Below, in pieces: positions 32,181-41,633 of a DNA stretch of 64,000 bases (its first letter is position 1; every line of letters begins with the position of its first letter). The position numbers and the translations under genes were made by a program. Source of the stretch: a virus. Location: positions 96,001 to 160,000 of IMG/VR virus record IMGVR_UViG_3300049218_000295; one strand, 5' to 3'. The notes under the pieces were generated by a model, which worked only from the letters and a program-made list of their open reading frames with translations, had not been told where the DNA came from and ran no database searches.

Positions 32181-32771
32181 CTAGAGTTTGGCAAATTCCT
32201 CTGAGGCTTTTTTCCAGTTAAGAAAAGTCCAGAGGTTCAACAGATAAGATTTACGGTCAGCGGGGTAGTCCCCATTATATGCATGTTCCCAAGCGTCGAC
32301 AACAAGCAGAGGGTAGAAACCCTCAATAAGCGGGTTCATCGCGTTCATTGTGGTCTCGACATAAAGACGGCGTTCCGAGTCGGCAAAGAACCAGAGCCAA
32401 CCGGAGCCAAAGAGCTTGCTCCCTTTATCAAGATAGGCCTGGCGTAAGTCGCCGGGGAACTCTTTAATGGCCTGTACCAGGGGTCCGGTTGGAATCGAAG
32501 GCTCCGGTGAGAGGCTTTGCCAATAGAAATCGTGGTTCCAAACTTGGGCCGCCTGATTGAAGATGGCATGTTCTTCGGGCCGAGGAGCCGTGCAGGTGGT
32601 GAGCATAATGGTTTCGAGAGTTTGGTTCTCCAACGGAGACCCCACCAACAGCTCGTTGAGTTTCTTGATGTAGCCCGCGTGGTTCTTGTGGTAATGGTAG
32701 TCCACCGTCTGCTTGCTGATGGCAGGTTCCAGGGCATCTTTGGGATAGGGCAAGGGTTTAAGTTCGAACAT
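32181..32771 (-). CDS. sod: Fe/Mn superoxide dismutase
   Basis: LPYPKDALEP, HYHKNH, FNQAAQVWNHDFYW, FGSGW, DAWEHAY. Confidence 0.93.
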   Translation of the reverse strand: MFELKPLPYPKDALEPAISKQTVDYHYHKNHAGYIKKLNELLVGSPLENQTLETIMLTTCTAPRPEEHAIFNQAAQVWNHDFYWQSLSPEPSIPTGPLVQAIKEFPGDLRQAYLDKGSKLFGSGWLWFFADSERRLYVETTMNAMNPLIEGFYPLLVVDAWEHAYNGDYPADRKSYLLNLWTFLNWKKASEEFAKL

Positions 32772-32789
32772 AGTATTAAGATAAGAAAG

Positions 32790-32867
32790 TGGTGCCTCCG
32801 GTCGGAATCGAACCGACAACACACAAGGTTTGAGCTTGCGTCCTCTACCAAATTGGGATACGGAGGC
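32790..32867 (-). tRNA. tRNA-Leu(CAA), short variable loop
   Basis: GCAAG-CTCAAAC-CTTGT; TTCGATT T-loop; CCA. Confidence 0.9.
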
Positions 32868-32877
32868 GCTGATAAAA

Positions 32878-32955
32878 TGGTACTCCCCGGTCGGATTCGA
32901 ACCGACAACTCTCAGTTCTTAAGACTGATGCCACTACCAGTTAGGCTACGGGAGC
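32878..32955 (-). tRNA. tRNA-Leu(TAA), short variable loop
   Basis: TCAGT-CTTAAGA-ACTGA; CCA. Confidence 0.9.
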
Positions 32956-32963
32956 ATAGGAAA

Positions 32964-33881
32964 TTATAATGACCCGAAGTTGACTTGAGTAAGTAGGGTG
33001 TTAATTTCACTGTAGTCAATCACCCAGTTCGACGTCGAGACCGAGTAGCTCGCCGAGCCACTGAAAGTAAAAGCGCCAGGGCTTGCTGCTGCGGTTGCCG
33101 CCGAGGACAAAGTGAAACTACTTGCACTTGTGATGGCAGAAACGGTGGTACTGTTGGCAATCTGCGAGCCTGAAACACCTAAACCAACAAAAAGACTAGA
33201 AAGGTTGGACGGAGTCACACCGGTTACTTGATAGGCGGAGGGGTTGGTACTGAATGTGATGGTAGTAGAGCCGCTGGTGGTCGCAGCACCAGAAAGTACT
33301 ATGTTGTTGTTATCTACGATGTTGAGAATAGCAGCTCCCGAAGGCAAGCCTACTCCGTTGGCTGTCATACCAACTTCCAAAGAAGCAGTAGATGAAAGGC
33401 CTGAAACCGTTGACGTTCCGTTTAAGGTCCCAGTTAGCACAATCGTTGGTGAACTCAATATTCCGTTGTAAGTCCGGGTTTGGTTCGCAGACAGTTGTAA
33501 ACTGCTACTGCTCGGGATGGAGAGGACAGTGGTGCCAGAAGTAATACCTACCCCAGTAAGCGCCATACCTACCAAAACTGAGGCTGTTGAAGTAATTCCT
33601 GTAAGCAAATTCGAACCATCGGTCCCCGTGGCGGTAAACGTCGAATCATATTTTGTTGCTAAAGCCGTGGAAATTACTCCTATAAGAAAGTCGTAGTAAT
33701 CACTGCCAGGCAGAAACGACTTTGCAGTTTGGACCAAAGTGTAATCAACGGACCCAGAACTTGTAAGAACCGGTTCCCCAGTCCCCGCACCAGCCAGCCA
33801 GCCATTGATGACAATGTTGGTGTCATTAGGTGCTTGTTCTAGCTTAAAATCTTTGATTCGCCAGGTGTAACCTGTTGACAT
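32964..33881 (-). CDS. Ser/Thr-rich virion protein with three beta repeats
   Basis: Three 'LxVG(M/L)xxxG..I...TT(V/I).SI...LS..AT' modules shared with the genes at 763 and 8952. Confidence 0.65.
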   Translation of the reverse strand: MSTGYTWRIKDFKLEQAPNDTNIVINGWLAGAGTGEPVLTSSGSVDYTLVQTAKSFLPGSDYYDFLIGVISTALATKYDSTFTATGTDGSNLLTGITSTASVLVGMALTGVGITSGTTVLSIPSSSSLQLSANQTRTYNGILSSPTIVLTGTLNGTSTVSGLSSTASLEVGMTANGVGLPSGAAILNIVDNNNIVLSGAATTSGSTTITFSTNPSAYQVTGVTPSNLSSLFVGLGVSGSQIANSTTVSAITSASSFTLSSAATAAASPGAFTFSGSASYSVSTSNWVIDYSEINTLLTQVNFGSL

Positions 33882-33884
33882 ACT

Positions 33885-34304
33885 TTAGCCTATTCTAATT
33901 CTAAGAGATTCGAGAATTGCATCCAGACTCGCCAGGACCTGTTCCTGAGTTTCGATAAAACCATCTCGGCTATCGACCGAGGCCTGGGTTGGGAATTGAG
34001 TAGATTGTGCGGCTTTAGCTAAGACTTGTGCGTTAGCCTGCATCTTAGCAACATCCTTTCGGATTTGTTCGCGGAGGTCAAGATTTTGTTTGACCAAAGA
34101 AGCAAGCTTTGGGTTCCGAGCGCACCATTCAGAATATTCTAGAATCGAAGTTCCGAGAGTATTAGGTCGCTGAATAGTTTCAAGCTCGACTTGAAGAATT
34201 GACTCCACGTCCGATTTGTTCGCTTTACCATCCTTAAAACGGACCCCAAGCTCCTCAAGAGCTGCCACTACCCGCTGCTTTTTGAACCCTACGGTACGTG
34301 CCAT
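33885..34304 (-). CDS. Hypothetical coiled-coil protein
   Basis: 139-aa ORF ending 3 nt before the next start. Confidence 0.6.
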   Translation of the reverse strand: MARTVGFKKQRVVAALEELGVRFKDGKANKSDVESILQVELETIQRPNTLGTSILEYSEWCARNPKLASLVKQNLDLREQIRKDVAKMQANAQVLAKAAQSTQFPTQASVDSRDGFIETQEQVLASLDAILESLRIRIG

Positions 34305-34570
34305 ATGGGGAGAAAATAACCTTGTCTTATCCAGGACTAAAAATTTGGATGGCCTATTTTCGCATCAGGATTAGCCTCCAGCCGCTCGAAACAATACCCA
34401 AACAATACAAAATGTATTACGCGCGGCTTCCTGATTTTGGCGAAGCCCAAAACTTGGCTCTACACACTGCATCCTCATTCAATGGGGGAACGGTGCATGA
34501 CGTGGCAGAAGTTTCCTTTGACGATTTGGTCGAAGAGGTTAAAGAAGCAAGCTTTATCTACCTCGAATAA

Positions 34571-34645
34571 TGGTCCGCCAGACAGGAATTGAACCTGTTA
34601 ATAGTAGCTCCGGAAGCTATTGCCGATCCATTTGGCTTCTGGCGG
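34571..34645 (-). tRNA. tRNA-Arg(CCG)
   Basis: TAGC-TTCCGGA-GCTA; CCGCCAG/CTGGCGG acceptor; CCA. Confidence 0.85.
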
Positions 34646-35227
34646 TCAGATATAGGCGATGCCGAACCGGACGACAGTGACTGGGTGGATGGTGTTGTGG
34701 CCAGCACCGGCAACTCCGCTGCTACTGCCATTATCGGTAGTGAAAGAATGGTAGTGGTTTGCGGTTTGGCCTGAAGTATAGTTATATGTGGCATTGCCAC
34801 CATCACGACCAAAACCTGGTGGCGGCTGGTTGTTGCTCAAATTGGCATAGTCATCTTGGTAGGTGACAAAATAGTGGGTGTGGTCGGCAGACTCGTACCC
34901 GGTGTTACCGCTGTGGGTGTGCAAGGCCAATTCACCTGCACTTAGAGTATGGTCCTCTTCTCCGAGAAGCTGCGCCAAAGTTCGAGCGCTAAGGCCCGAC
35001 CCTTGGCCATCACCCATCGGGGAGCGGCTTCTAAGGTCGGGGACGTTAAAATTACTACCGCTTCCGCCCCAGGTGTAGCCAATCGCCGCGAAAAGATAGG
35101 GGTAGGCCGTAGTCAAATAGGAACTACCATCGCAGAGAAGAACCCCTGGAGGCAAAGCATCTTGGCCAATCTTTATGATTTGCCCGATAGCAGAGCCCGA
35201 ATTATCTATTCCTCGAATGCGTGGCAT
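34646..35227 (-). CDS. Phage tail-collar domain protein
   Basis: LLCDGSSY...FNVPDLRS, HxH repeats, HNTIHP. Confidence 0.9.
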   Translation of the reverse strand: MPRIRGIDNSGSAIGQIIKIGQDALPPGVLLCDGSSYLTTAYPYLFAAIGYTWGGSGSNFNVPDLRSRSPMGDGQGSGLSARTLAQLLGEEDHTLSAGELALHTHSGNTGYESADHTHYFVTYQDDYANLSNNQPPPGFGRDGGNATYNYTSGQTANHYHSFTTDNGSSSGVAGAGHNTIHPVTVVRFGIAYI

Positions 35228-35251
35228 GCAACTAAAATAAGATGGTCCTGG

Positions 35252-35827
35252 TCAAATGTAGACAATTCCGAAATGTACTATAGCTACTGGATGGACTGTA
35301 TTGTGTGCCAACCCATCCACTCCGTCCCCGCTACCAGTGGTGAATGAATGATAGTGGGGTGCCGATGGCGGCGAAGTATAGTTATAGACCGCTGGTGCTC
35401 CATCACGACCGAAACCAGGCGGTGGCTGATTGTTGGTAAGGTTGGCATAATCATCCTGATATGTTACAAAATAGTGAGTGTGGTCCGCCGATTCGTACCC
35501 AGTACTACCACTGTGAGTATGGTACTCAAGCTCAGAAGCTGCTAAAGTGTGGCTTTCCTCTCCTGAAGTTTGGCCTAGGGTGCGCAGACTGAGACTTGCA
35601 CCTTGGCCATCACCCATCGGAGTCCGGCTGCGAAGATCTGGGACGTTAAAATTACTACCGCTTCCGCCCCAGGTGTAACCAATCTTGGCAAAGAGATAAG
35701 GATAGGTTGCAATCGAGTAAGAACTTCCATCGCAAAGTATTACTCCCGGAGGCAGGTCGCTTTGCCCTACCTGAATTATCTGTCCGATAGTTAATCCAGT
35801 CCGGTCGATTTTGGGAATCCGTGGCAT
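35252..35827 (-). CDS. Phage tail-collar domain protein (close paralogue of 34646)
   Basis: Same motifs; shares long identical DNA blocks with the neighbouring gene. Confidence 0.9.
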   Translation of the reverse strand: MPRIPKIDRTGLTIGQIIQVGQSDLPPGVILCDGSSYSIATYPYLFAKIGYTWGGSGSNFNVPDLRSRTPMGDGQGASLSLRTLGQTSGEESHTLAASELEYHTHSGSTGYESADHTHYFVTYQDDYANLTNNQPPPGFGRDGAPAVYNYTSPPSAPHYHSFTTGSGDGVDGLAHNTVHPVAIVHFGIVYI

Positions 35828-35840
35828 ACTCCAAAAATAA

Positions 35841-35911
35841 TGGTGCCCCCACCCGGAGTCGAACTGGGCGCTAACGCCTTAGAAGAGCATGGCGGCATCC
35901 TTGCTGGGGGC
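35841..35911 (-). tRNA. tRNA-Arg(TCT) with degenerate D-arm
   Basis: GCCCCCA/TGGGGGC acceptor; ATGCT-CTTCTAA-GGCGT; TTCGACT T-loop; CCA. Confidence 0.65.
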
Positions 35912-35928
35912 AAAGTTATTTTGTCAGT

Positions 35929-36495
35929 GTGCCAAAGATTAAAGGTATTGATATTTCTGGCTACGCAGTGGGGCAAATGATTGACATTAGCTCAACTACT
36001 TTGCCGTTTGGAACTCTCGCTTGCGATGGTTCAGCCTATTCAACAGCAGCCTATCCCTCACTGTTTGCTGCAATACAGTACACCTATGGTGGTTCAGGCG
36101 GGAGCTTCAATGTGCCGAATTGCCAACGCAAAACGCTAGTTGGTTCTGGCGGCACCGGAACTTCGGAGCTAGGAAGCACCGTCGGAAGTTCGGGCGGCGA
36201 GGAATCTCATCTGCTGTTGGCAGCGGAATCCGGAATGCCAAGCCACTACCATACCATTACCGATCCTTCACATGGGCACAGTCTCTCTAACTCGGTCTCG
36301 GGGAACACTGGGAATACAAACGACAACACGGCCAATGTGACGGCAGTTAATAGGTACGGTCTCATCGAGAACATTGTTGCCAACAACAACTATACGGGAA
36401 TTACCGTGAATTATGCTGCGGCGGAAAATGCTAGTTCCTATCACAACAACATTCAGCCATCTTTGGTAGTTACCAAAGCTATTGCCTATATCTAA
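35929..36495 (+). CDS. Phage tail-collar domain protein
   Basis: LACDGSAY...YPSLFAAI...FNVPN, HxH, HNNIQPSLV. Confidence 0.9.
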   Translation: MPKIKGIDISGYAVGQMIDISSTTLPFGTLACDGSAYSTAAYPSLFAAIQYTYGGSGGSFNVPNCQRKTLVGSGGTGTSELGSTVGSSGGEESHLLLAAESGMPSHYHTITDPSHGHSLSNSVSGNTGNTNDNTANVTAVNRYGLIENIVANNNYTGITVNYAAAENASSYHNNIQPSLVVTKAIAYI

Positions 36496-36503
36496 AAACT
36501 CTT

Positions 36504-37274
36504 ATGGTCTACGGTAATCAACCACTATTCAACCCCGGTGACCTTTTCGCTATTGGTGATGTTCATGGTGACGCCGATAAACTCAGGGACCTGCTCGCGA
36601 TTATTGAACCAAAGTTCACTTCAACCACACATCTTGTTTTCTGTGGTGACCTTTTTGATGTTGGTCCAAATGTTATTGGAGTCTGGGAAATAGTAATTCG
36701 GCTTCGCAAGCAATATCCCGGACAAATCTATATTGTCATGGGGAACCATGAAATTATGCTCATGATGTACCTGGCTGGTCGAGATATGGTTTGGTCATGG
36801 GGGCAGCGATGGGGCAAGACTTTCCTGGCGCAAACTTTAGCACAGTGGGGTTCTGGTGAGCAAGCCTTCATCGCCGATGAGTTTAAAAAGCGCGGGTATG
36901 GCGAAGTCCTAGTGGACCTGCTACCCTATTACGAAACTCCCGAAGTTCTAGTTACCCACGCTGCCTTGGAAAAACACCGAGTTGACAGTGTTGGTGGTCT
37001 GGATGAAGAGACCCAAGAAGGCTTTCTGGCTCGCATGAGCGAAGATAGTCTTTATTGGAACTTTGTGGATGAAGTTACCAGTTGGAGCGGCCCCCCTCGT
37101 ATTCCGGAACTCAAAAAATATCTTATTAATGGGCATCAGCGCAGTCATGGCAATCGACCACGGCAATACGCTGGTCGTTGCTTTTTGGATACGGGATGTG
37201 GATACAAACCCACTTCGCCGTTAGCGGCGGTTCATTATCCGACCAAGAAAATTTTCTTATCAAGTGATAAATGA
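36504..37274 (+). CDS. Metallophosphoesterase (PPP/lambda-phosphatase-like)
   Basis: GDVHG, GDLFDVG, MGNHE, THA, GH, LDTG. Confidence 0.9.
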   Translation: MVYGNQPLFNPGDLFAIGDVHGDADKLRDLLAIIEPKFTSTTHLVFCGDLFDVGPNVIGVWEIVIRLRKQYPGQIYIVMGNHEIMLMMYLAGRDMVWSWGQRWGKTFLAQTLAQWGSGEQAFIADEFKKRGYGEVLVDLLPYYETPEVLVTHAALEKHRVDSVGGLDEETQEGFLARMSEDSLYWNFVDEVTSWSGPPRIPELKKYLINGHQRSHGNRPRQYAGRCFLDTGCGYKPTSPLAAVHYPTKKIFLSSDK

Positions 37275-37276
37275 GG

Positions 37277-37352
37277 TGGTACGGGTGGAGTGACTCGAAC
37301 ACTCTGTCTTTGCCTTATGAGAGCAACGCTTTGCCAGTTAAGCTACACCCGC
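37277..37352 (-). tRNA. tRNA with CAT anticodon (Met or Ile2)
   Basis: TTGCT-CTCATAA-GGCAA; CCA. Confidence 0.88.
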
Positions 37353-37918
37353 ACATTACGGGTCTCAAAAGAGACCCAAGCAGTAATGATGTATTTGTCG
37401 GTCTTTGGCGGCAAGCCAGTATGAAGATGGGTCCAAAAAGGCGGAAAGAAAAGAAGTTTTCCAGATTCAGGCTTGACCTTTAACTGTTGGTACCGGAATT
37501 CGGTTTCGCCCTCTTCCACATCATTTAGATAAAAAATGATAGAAAGCTGGCGACTGTGGCCAGCCATATAGTCCGCATGCTCCACATATCCAATCGCTCC
37601 GGGTTTGGTATGCTGGATTTGGTAGCCGGTGTCACCGAGCTTATAAGAATTCAAGCCCCGAAATCGTTCTGTAAAGCCATAGACCCTCGGAGCAAGGATT
37701 TCGTGAAGCTTCTTATCGATATCACCCCAACCAGACTGCTGCGAAACACACAAGTCAGTAGAATCTTTAATAGAGGCGTCATTCTTATAGTTTAGACCAA
37801 CAAACCCCTGATGTTTTCGAGGGTCCATTTCAAAGCGTCGAATGATGTCGCTGCACAATTCAGCGGACAGTACCTTCTCTTCGGCAAAAATAAACGAACC
37901 CGGTTGTATCTCTTCCAT
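37343..37918 (-). CDS. 2OG-Fe(II) oxygenase
   Basis: HAD, YLNDVEEGETEF, FPPFWTHLH, KYIITAW. Confidence 0.9.
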   Translation of the reverse strand: MEEIQPGSFIFAEEKVLSAELCSDIIRRFEMDPRKHQGFVGLNYKNDASIKDSTDLCVSQQSGWGDIDKKLHEILAPRVYGFTERFRGLNSYKLGDTGYQIQHTKPGAIGYVEHADYMAGHSRQLSIIFYLNDVEEGETEFRYQQLKVKPESGKLLFFPPFWTHLHTGLPPKTDKYIITAWVSFETRNVRV

Positions 37919-37985
37919 TAGTCCTGCCTAGTGCATCATGTATACGTTCAATTGCGGTGTGACTCACATTTGGTTTTTTAAGAGA

Positions 37986-38078
37986 TGGTACTCCCGGAGA
38001 GAGTTGAACTCTCAACCAACACCCATCTAGTGCTTGAAGGATTTATAAGATCCTGGCTCGGAACCACCGAACGGGAGT
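37986..38078 (-). tRNA. tRNA-Ile(TAT)-like with long variable arm and miniature D-arm
   Basis: ACTCCCG/CGGGAGT; AGGAT-CTTATAA-ATCCT; about 24-nt variable region; GAGAG-TTCAACT-CTCTC; CCA. Confidence 0.75.
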
Positions 38079-38264
38079 AGACTATATACTTGCGCAGGGC
38101 GCAAGCGAGTGCTAAAAGGGATTATCGCGTACGGGTGAAGGTACCATTTTGGCCCTATCCGAACGCTCCATACATTGGTTGCCGAGCTACGGCTTGGTGT
38201 CGTCCCTTCCTGAGGATGTTAGATCTCACGATACCGTGGCAACCTACAACAATGAAGGGTTTAT

Positions 38265-38492
38265 ATGTTCCGGCTCGTTTCCTTACAACCTGAAGACCTA
38301 GAAATAACACCTTACACATCTTCCAGCGGTCAGAGTTCACTCCGCATTTTCCACAAACCTACTACGCTACTTGTGCAAGATGAAAGTGGGGCAGACTACC
38401 ACAAGACGCGGGACCGTCTCTTGAAAGAACTCGACCAAAAAGTCCAGGAGCGGCAACGACAGCAAAGCTGTGGTGATATAGTTGCAGGATGA
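38265..38492 (+). CDS. Minimal peptide-release-factor domain-3-like protein (SGQ in place of GGQ)
   Basis: LQPEDLEITPYTSSSGQSSLRIFHKPTTLLVQ...HKTR resembles RF 'DLRIDTxRSSGxGGQ...SAVRITHLPTGIVV...QHKN'. Confidence 0.55.
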   Translation: MFRLVSLQPEDLEITPYTSSSGQSSLRIFHKPTTLLVQDESGADYHKTRDRLLKELDQKVQERQRQQSCGDIVAG

Positions 38493-39019
38493 GACACGAT
38501 ATCAAGGCCCTTCATAGGAGTAGAAACTCTAAGCAAATTAGCGCAATTGGTGAATCGGCTGTGATGAGCTATTTCATCGCATTGGGCTACCCTGTATTCA
38601 GAGAAGTCGCCGACGCAAGTCCCGTTGATTTCATCCTTGACTATCAAGACAAACTAGTCAAAGTCCAGGTAAAGACATTGCAACCCGCAGCTCACGATAC
38701 TTATCAAGTGCGGCTGAGAAAAGAAGAACGCGGAAGGGACTTTCAGTACACTTCCAAGATGGTGGACTTGCTGGCTGTATACTTGATAGACAAAGACAAA
38801 ATCTGTTTCTTTAGAATGGGCGATTTTGAAGGTAGAGCCAGCTTTTCTGTTCGAGACACACCAACTAAGAACAACCAAAACCTATTAGTCAGGCGTGCTG
38901 ATGACCATTTAGATTTCAGGCGGTGTTTGGAGCGGGTGGAGGGAATTGAACCCTCGGCCTCGATCTTGGCAAGATCGCGCTCTACCACTGAGCTACATCC
39001 GCACTTTAGAACAGACTGA
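38489..39019 (+). CDS. PD-(D/E)XK homing-type endonuclease
   Basis: GESAV, VDFILD...KVQVKT, Y...VDLLAVY. Confidence 0.8.
   Translation: MRHDIKALHRSRNSKQISAIGESAVMSYFIALGYPVFREVADASPVDFILDYQDKLVKVQVKTLQPAAHDTYQVRLRKEERGRDFQYTSKMVDLLAVYLIDKDKICFFRMGDFEGRASFSVRDTPTKNNQNLLVRRADDHLDFRRCLERVEGIEPSASILARSRSTTELHPHFRTD
38928..39002 (-). tRNA. tRNA-Gly(GCC)
   Basis: CGATC-TTGCCAA-GATCG; U73; CCA. Confidence 0.93.
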
Positions 39020-39224
39020 TGTCTTCCTCTTTTAGCAGTTCATGCAATTGGTCGCGTGTATCTTGAAAGGCCTTACTAGTTTCGTCAGTAAGGTTTTCGT
39101 ATTTCAACTTCGCACGCAGCCAATTATCAAGTTCTTGCAAGGCACTCTTATACACGCCGCCATTAAGGCAAGTTTGATGTTCTTCGGACTCCTCTGGCAA
39201 TTTGAAGGAGAGAGTTGCTCGCAT
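39006..39224 (-). CDS. Small phage hypothetical protein
   Basis: MRATLSFKLPEE...WLRAKLKY; TATCTT-N6-ATG start. Confidence 0.65.
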   Translation of the reverse strand: MRATLSFKLPEESEEHQTCLNGGVYKSALQELDNWLRAKLKYENLTDETSKAFQDTRDQLHELLKEEDISLF

Positions 39225-39240
39225 GTTTCGAAGATAAAAT

Positions 39241-39314
39241 TGGTAGCCCCGGACAGAATCGAACTGTCGTTCTTCGGGTGTAGGCCGAATCTCTTTCCAT
39301 TAGAGGACAGGGCT
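39241..39314 (-). tRNA. tRNA-Val(TAC)
   Basis: TTCGG-CCTACAC-CCGAA (C33); CCA. Confidence 0.85.
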
Positions 39315-39713
39315 ATCTATAAAATGCTGCATGGATGATATCAAGATCCCAAATGCTGGTGAAGCTTATCTCAGAAGTTCCGCTTTTTCGAGTCCCGCGC
39401 GCAAGAGGCGGGAAGAAGCTTATGAACAAGACTTTAAGAGTTGCCTGGCAAAATGTACGTCCAATATCCAAACCGCAATCCCAGAAGGACGGTATGACAC
39501 CTTTGTTTGTTATGACTTCAAAGGTCCCGCTTGGGCAGACTTTGAGAAGGATATTTCAAAGCATTTGATGGGTCTTGGCTATAAGGTGACCGCCGGGAAA
39601 GCGTATCGAAGTGTACATTTTCGCATTCGCTGGGGCCTTAGTCTCTGGGATAGACTTCTACGCCGTGAACCGCCAATGCTGGCTCTTCCACTTTTGCCGC
39701 CTAAAGAATTCAT

Positions 39714-40307
39714 GTGAGAACTGTAGAAGAACAAATCGCATCATGCATTATTGAGTATGAAAAAGTTCTGTCACCGGAGTTCTGTCAATCGACCATTGAG
39801 AAATTCGAAAACGAGAAGCGGATTTTTCGAACCAATACCGCCTGGATTAACCCCGACGGCAGCCGGGACAGCAAAGAAGCCTACAACCTAGAGCTTTCCA
39901 AATACCGAGAATGGCATGATGTGGACCGCGCACTTTTTGCAACCGTGGCGGACTACGCTAAGGCCTACCAAAACACTTACAAAACCTCGTTCCCAATTCT
40001 ATGTTCAGGTTTCAGCATGGCCCGCTACAATATAGGGGACTTTTGCCATGAGCACAAAGATGCGTGGTTCGGACGGCCAAACAAACCAGTGCTCAGCCTG
40101 GTCTATTATCTTAACGACGTTCAGGAAGGTGGCGAACTTTATTTCCCAGCCCAGCAGGTGGCTGTGAAACCCCAACAGGGGAAACTTGTAATTTACCCAT
40201 CGGACTACACCCATCGACATTCCGTCCATAAGGTGATTAGCAACCCAAGGTACATCGCGATGACTTTTCTGAGCTACCTGTCTAACCGTGAATGGGAGCT
40301 AAAATGA
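39714..40307 (+). CDS. 2OG-Fe(II) oxygenase
   Basis: HKD, YLNDVQEGGELYF, THRHSV, RYIAMT. Confidence 0.9.
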   Translation: MRTVEEQIASCIIEYEKVLSPEFCQSTIEKFENEKRIFRTNTAWINPDGSRDSKEAYNLELSKYREWHDVDRALFATVADYAKAYQNTYKTSFPILCSGFSMARYNIGDFCHEHKDAWFGRPNKPVLSLVYYLNDVQEGGELYFPAQQVAVKPQQGKLVIYPSDYTHRHSVHKVISNPRYIAMTFLSYLSNREWELK

Positions 40308-40616
40308 AGTTGGTTGTCTCTGCGGAAGTCTTGAAGATTTTAAACGACCCTTCCATTACCTGGAAGGTGCGGCGGGCCTTACTCCGCCTGAAAACTGACC
40401 TCACCGAAGATGCAATCGAAGAGCTTGTGCCTTCAGAATCATACGATGCGCCCGTAAGCGTCTTCCAAACGCATGACATCGTCGAGATGCGGTGTTGACA
40501 CTTCGAATAAAAATAAGACTTGGTCCGCCCAGCCGCGTTTGAATCGGCTTCTTAGAGTTATCATCTCCATGCTCTACCACATAAGCTATGGGCGGGTACA
40601 ACGACACGAGGGCAGA

Positions 40617-40691
40617 TGGTGGGTTGCCGGAGAGTCGAACTCCGTTCTTCTGGGTAAGAACCAGAAGCTTCACCACTAAAGCTTGCAACCC
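40617..40691 (-). tRNA. tRNA-Lys(CTT)
   Basis: TCTGG-TTCTTAC-CCAGA; CCA. Confidence 0.9.
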
Positions 40692-40704
40692 AATAAAAGT
40701 ATGT

Positions 40705-41097
40705 ATGACTAAACAAGTAATCGTCCTTAGAACCGACCTCAAAATGCCAACGGGAAAAGCCGTTGCCCAAGGTGCCCACGCCTCTCTCAAAGTCTTTTTT
40801 GACCGAATCAACCGGGCGGCCTCTGTCGGTGGAAAGCTTGTTATCGAGAACATCCAATCCGAAGAGTACGACTGGATTCATGGGATTTTCACGAAAATTG
40901 CTTTAGGGTGCGATTCTGAGGCGGATTTGGTGGCCTTATATGAGAAGGCCAAAGAGGCCAATCTTCCTCATTCCCTGATCCAGGATGCTGGCAAAACTGT
41001 CTTTAACGAAGTGACCACCACTTGCATTGCTATCGGCCCTGGACCTGTTGAGGCCATCAATGCAATTACCGGTCATCTCAAAATGTACAAGTACTAA
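40705..41097 (+). CDS. pth2: Peptidyl-tRNA hydrolase, Pth2 family
   Basis: KQVIVLRTDLKMPTGKAVAQGAHA, TKIAL, IQDAGKT, TCIAIGP, ITGHLK. Confidence 0.92.
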   Translation: MTKQVIVLRTDLKMPTGKAVAQGAHASLKVFFDRINRAASVGGKLVIENIQSEEYDWIHGIFTKIALGCDSEADLVALYEKAKEANLPHSLIQDAGKTVFNEVTTTCIAIGPGPVEAINAITGHLKMYKY

Positions 41098-41633
41098 TGG
41101 ACAAGCTGGTTCAATTACGGAAGTTCATGGAAGTGCTCTTTGAACATGGTGAAAAGACTGGTTTCGGGACCAAGAAAGATGTGCAGTTTCTGGACCAAGA
41201 AGCTCTTACGGTAACGGACCTTTCTTACGAAAAATTCTGTATCAACCCACTGCGTGGCTCGCGCTTGGACGAAAACGTAACTGCTTTCCGAAATATCCTG
41301 ATTGAGTCGGACGTCCTGAGTCTCGGGGAGCAGAAGGAATACATCGAGGGGTTGGAACTGCCTTATTCTACCTGCTGCTATAGCGGGGGCAAGTCCTACC
41401 ACTTTATCATTGCTCTTACCGAGTCTTTGCCTTCCGCCACCGAATACACGCGTTTGGTGCGCAGGGTCCTCTCAGGTGTCCCTTTGGCGGACCAATCTAA
41501 GGCCAATCCCAGTCGAGTGTCGCGCTTTCCTTTTCATCTCCGGGCCTCGGGGCAAGAGCAGACTTTGCAGGAGGTGCGTCCGCGTGTTCCTCTACGAGTC
41601 CTCGAGCAATGGCTTAGCGTGAAAAGCCCTTAA
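41097..41633 (+). CDS. Putative AEP-like primase/polymerase catalytic domain
   Basis: ILIESD, SGGKSYHFII, ADQS...SRVSRFP. Confidence 0.55.
   Translation: MDKLVQLRKFMEVLFEHGEKTGFGTKKDVQFLDQEALTVTDLSYEKFCINPLRGSRLDENVTAFRNILIESDVLSLGEQKEYIEGLELPYSTCCYSGGKSYHFIIALTESLPSATEYTRLVRRVLSGVPLADQSKANPSRVSRFPFHLRASGQEQTLQEVRPRVPLRVLEQWLSVKSP

Noticed and set aside
34646-35827. Diversity-generating retroelement or invertible tail-fibre cassette
   Set aside because: Both copies are intact genes, differences are not adenine-specific, and no reverse transcriptase, invertase or flanking inverted sites are seen.
35841-35911. Amber suppressor (CTA) reading
   Set aside because: The stem ATGCT/GGCGT gives loop CTTCTAA with TCT centred.
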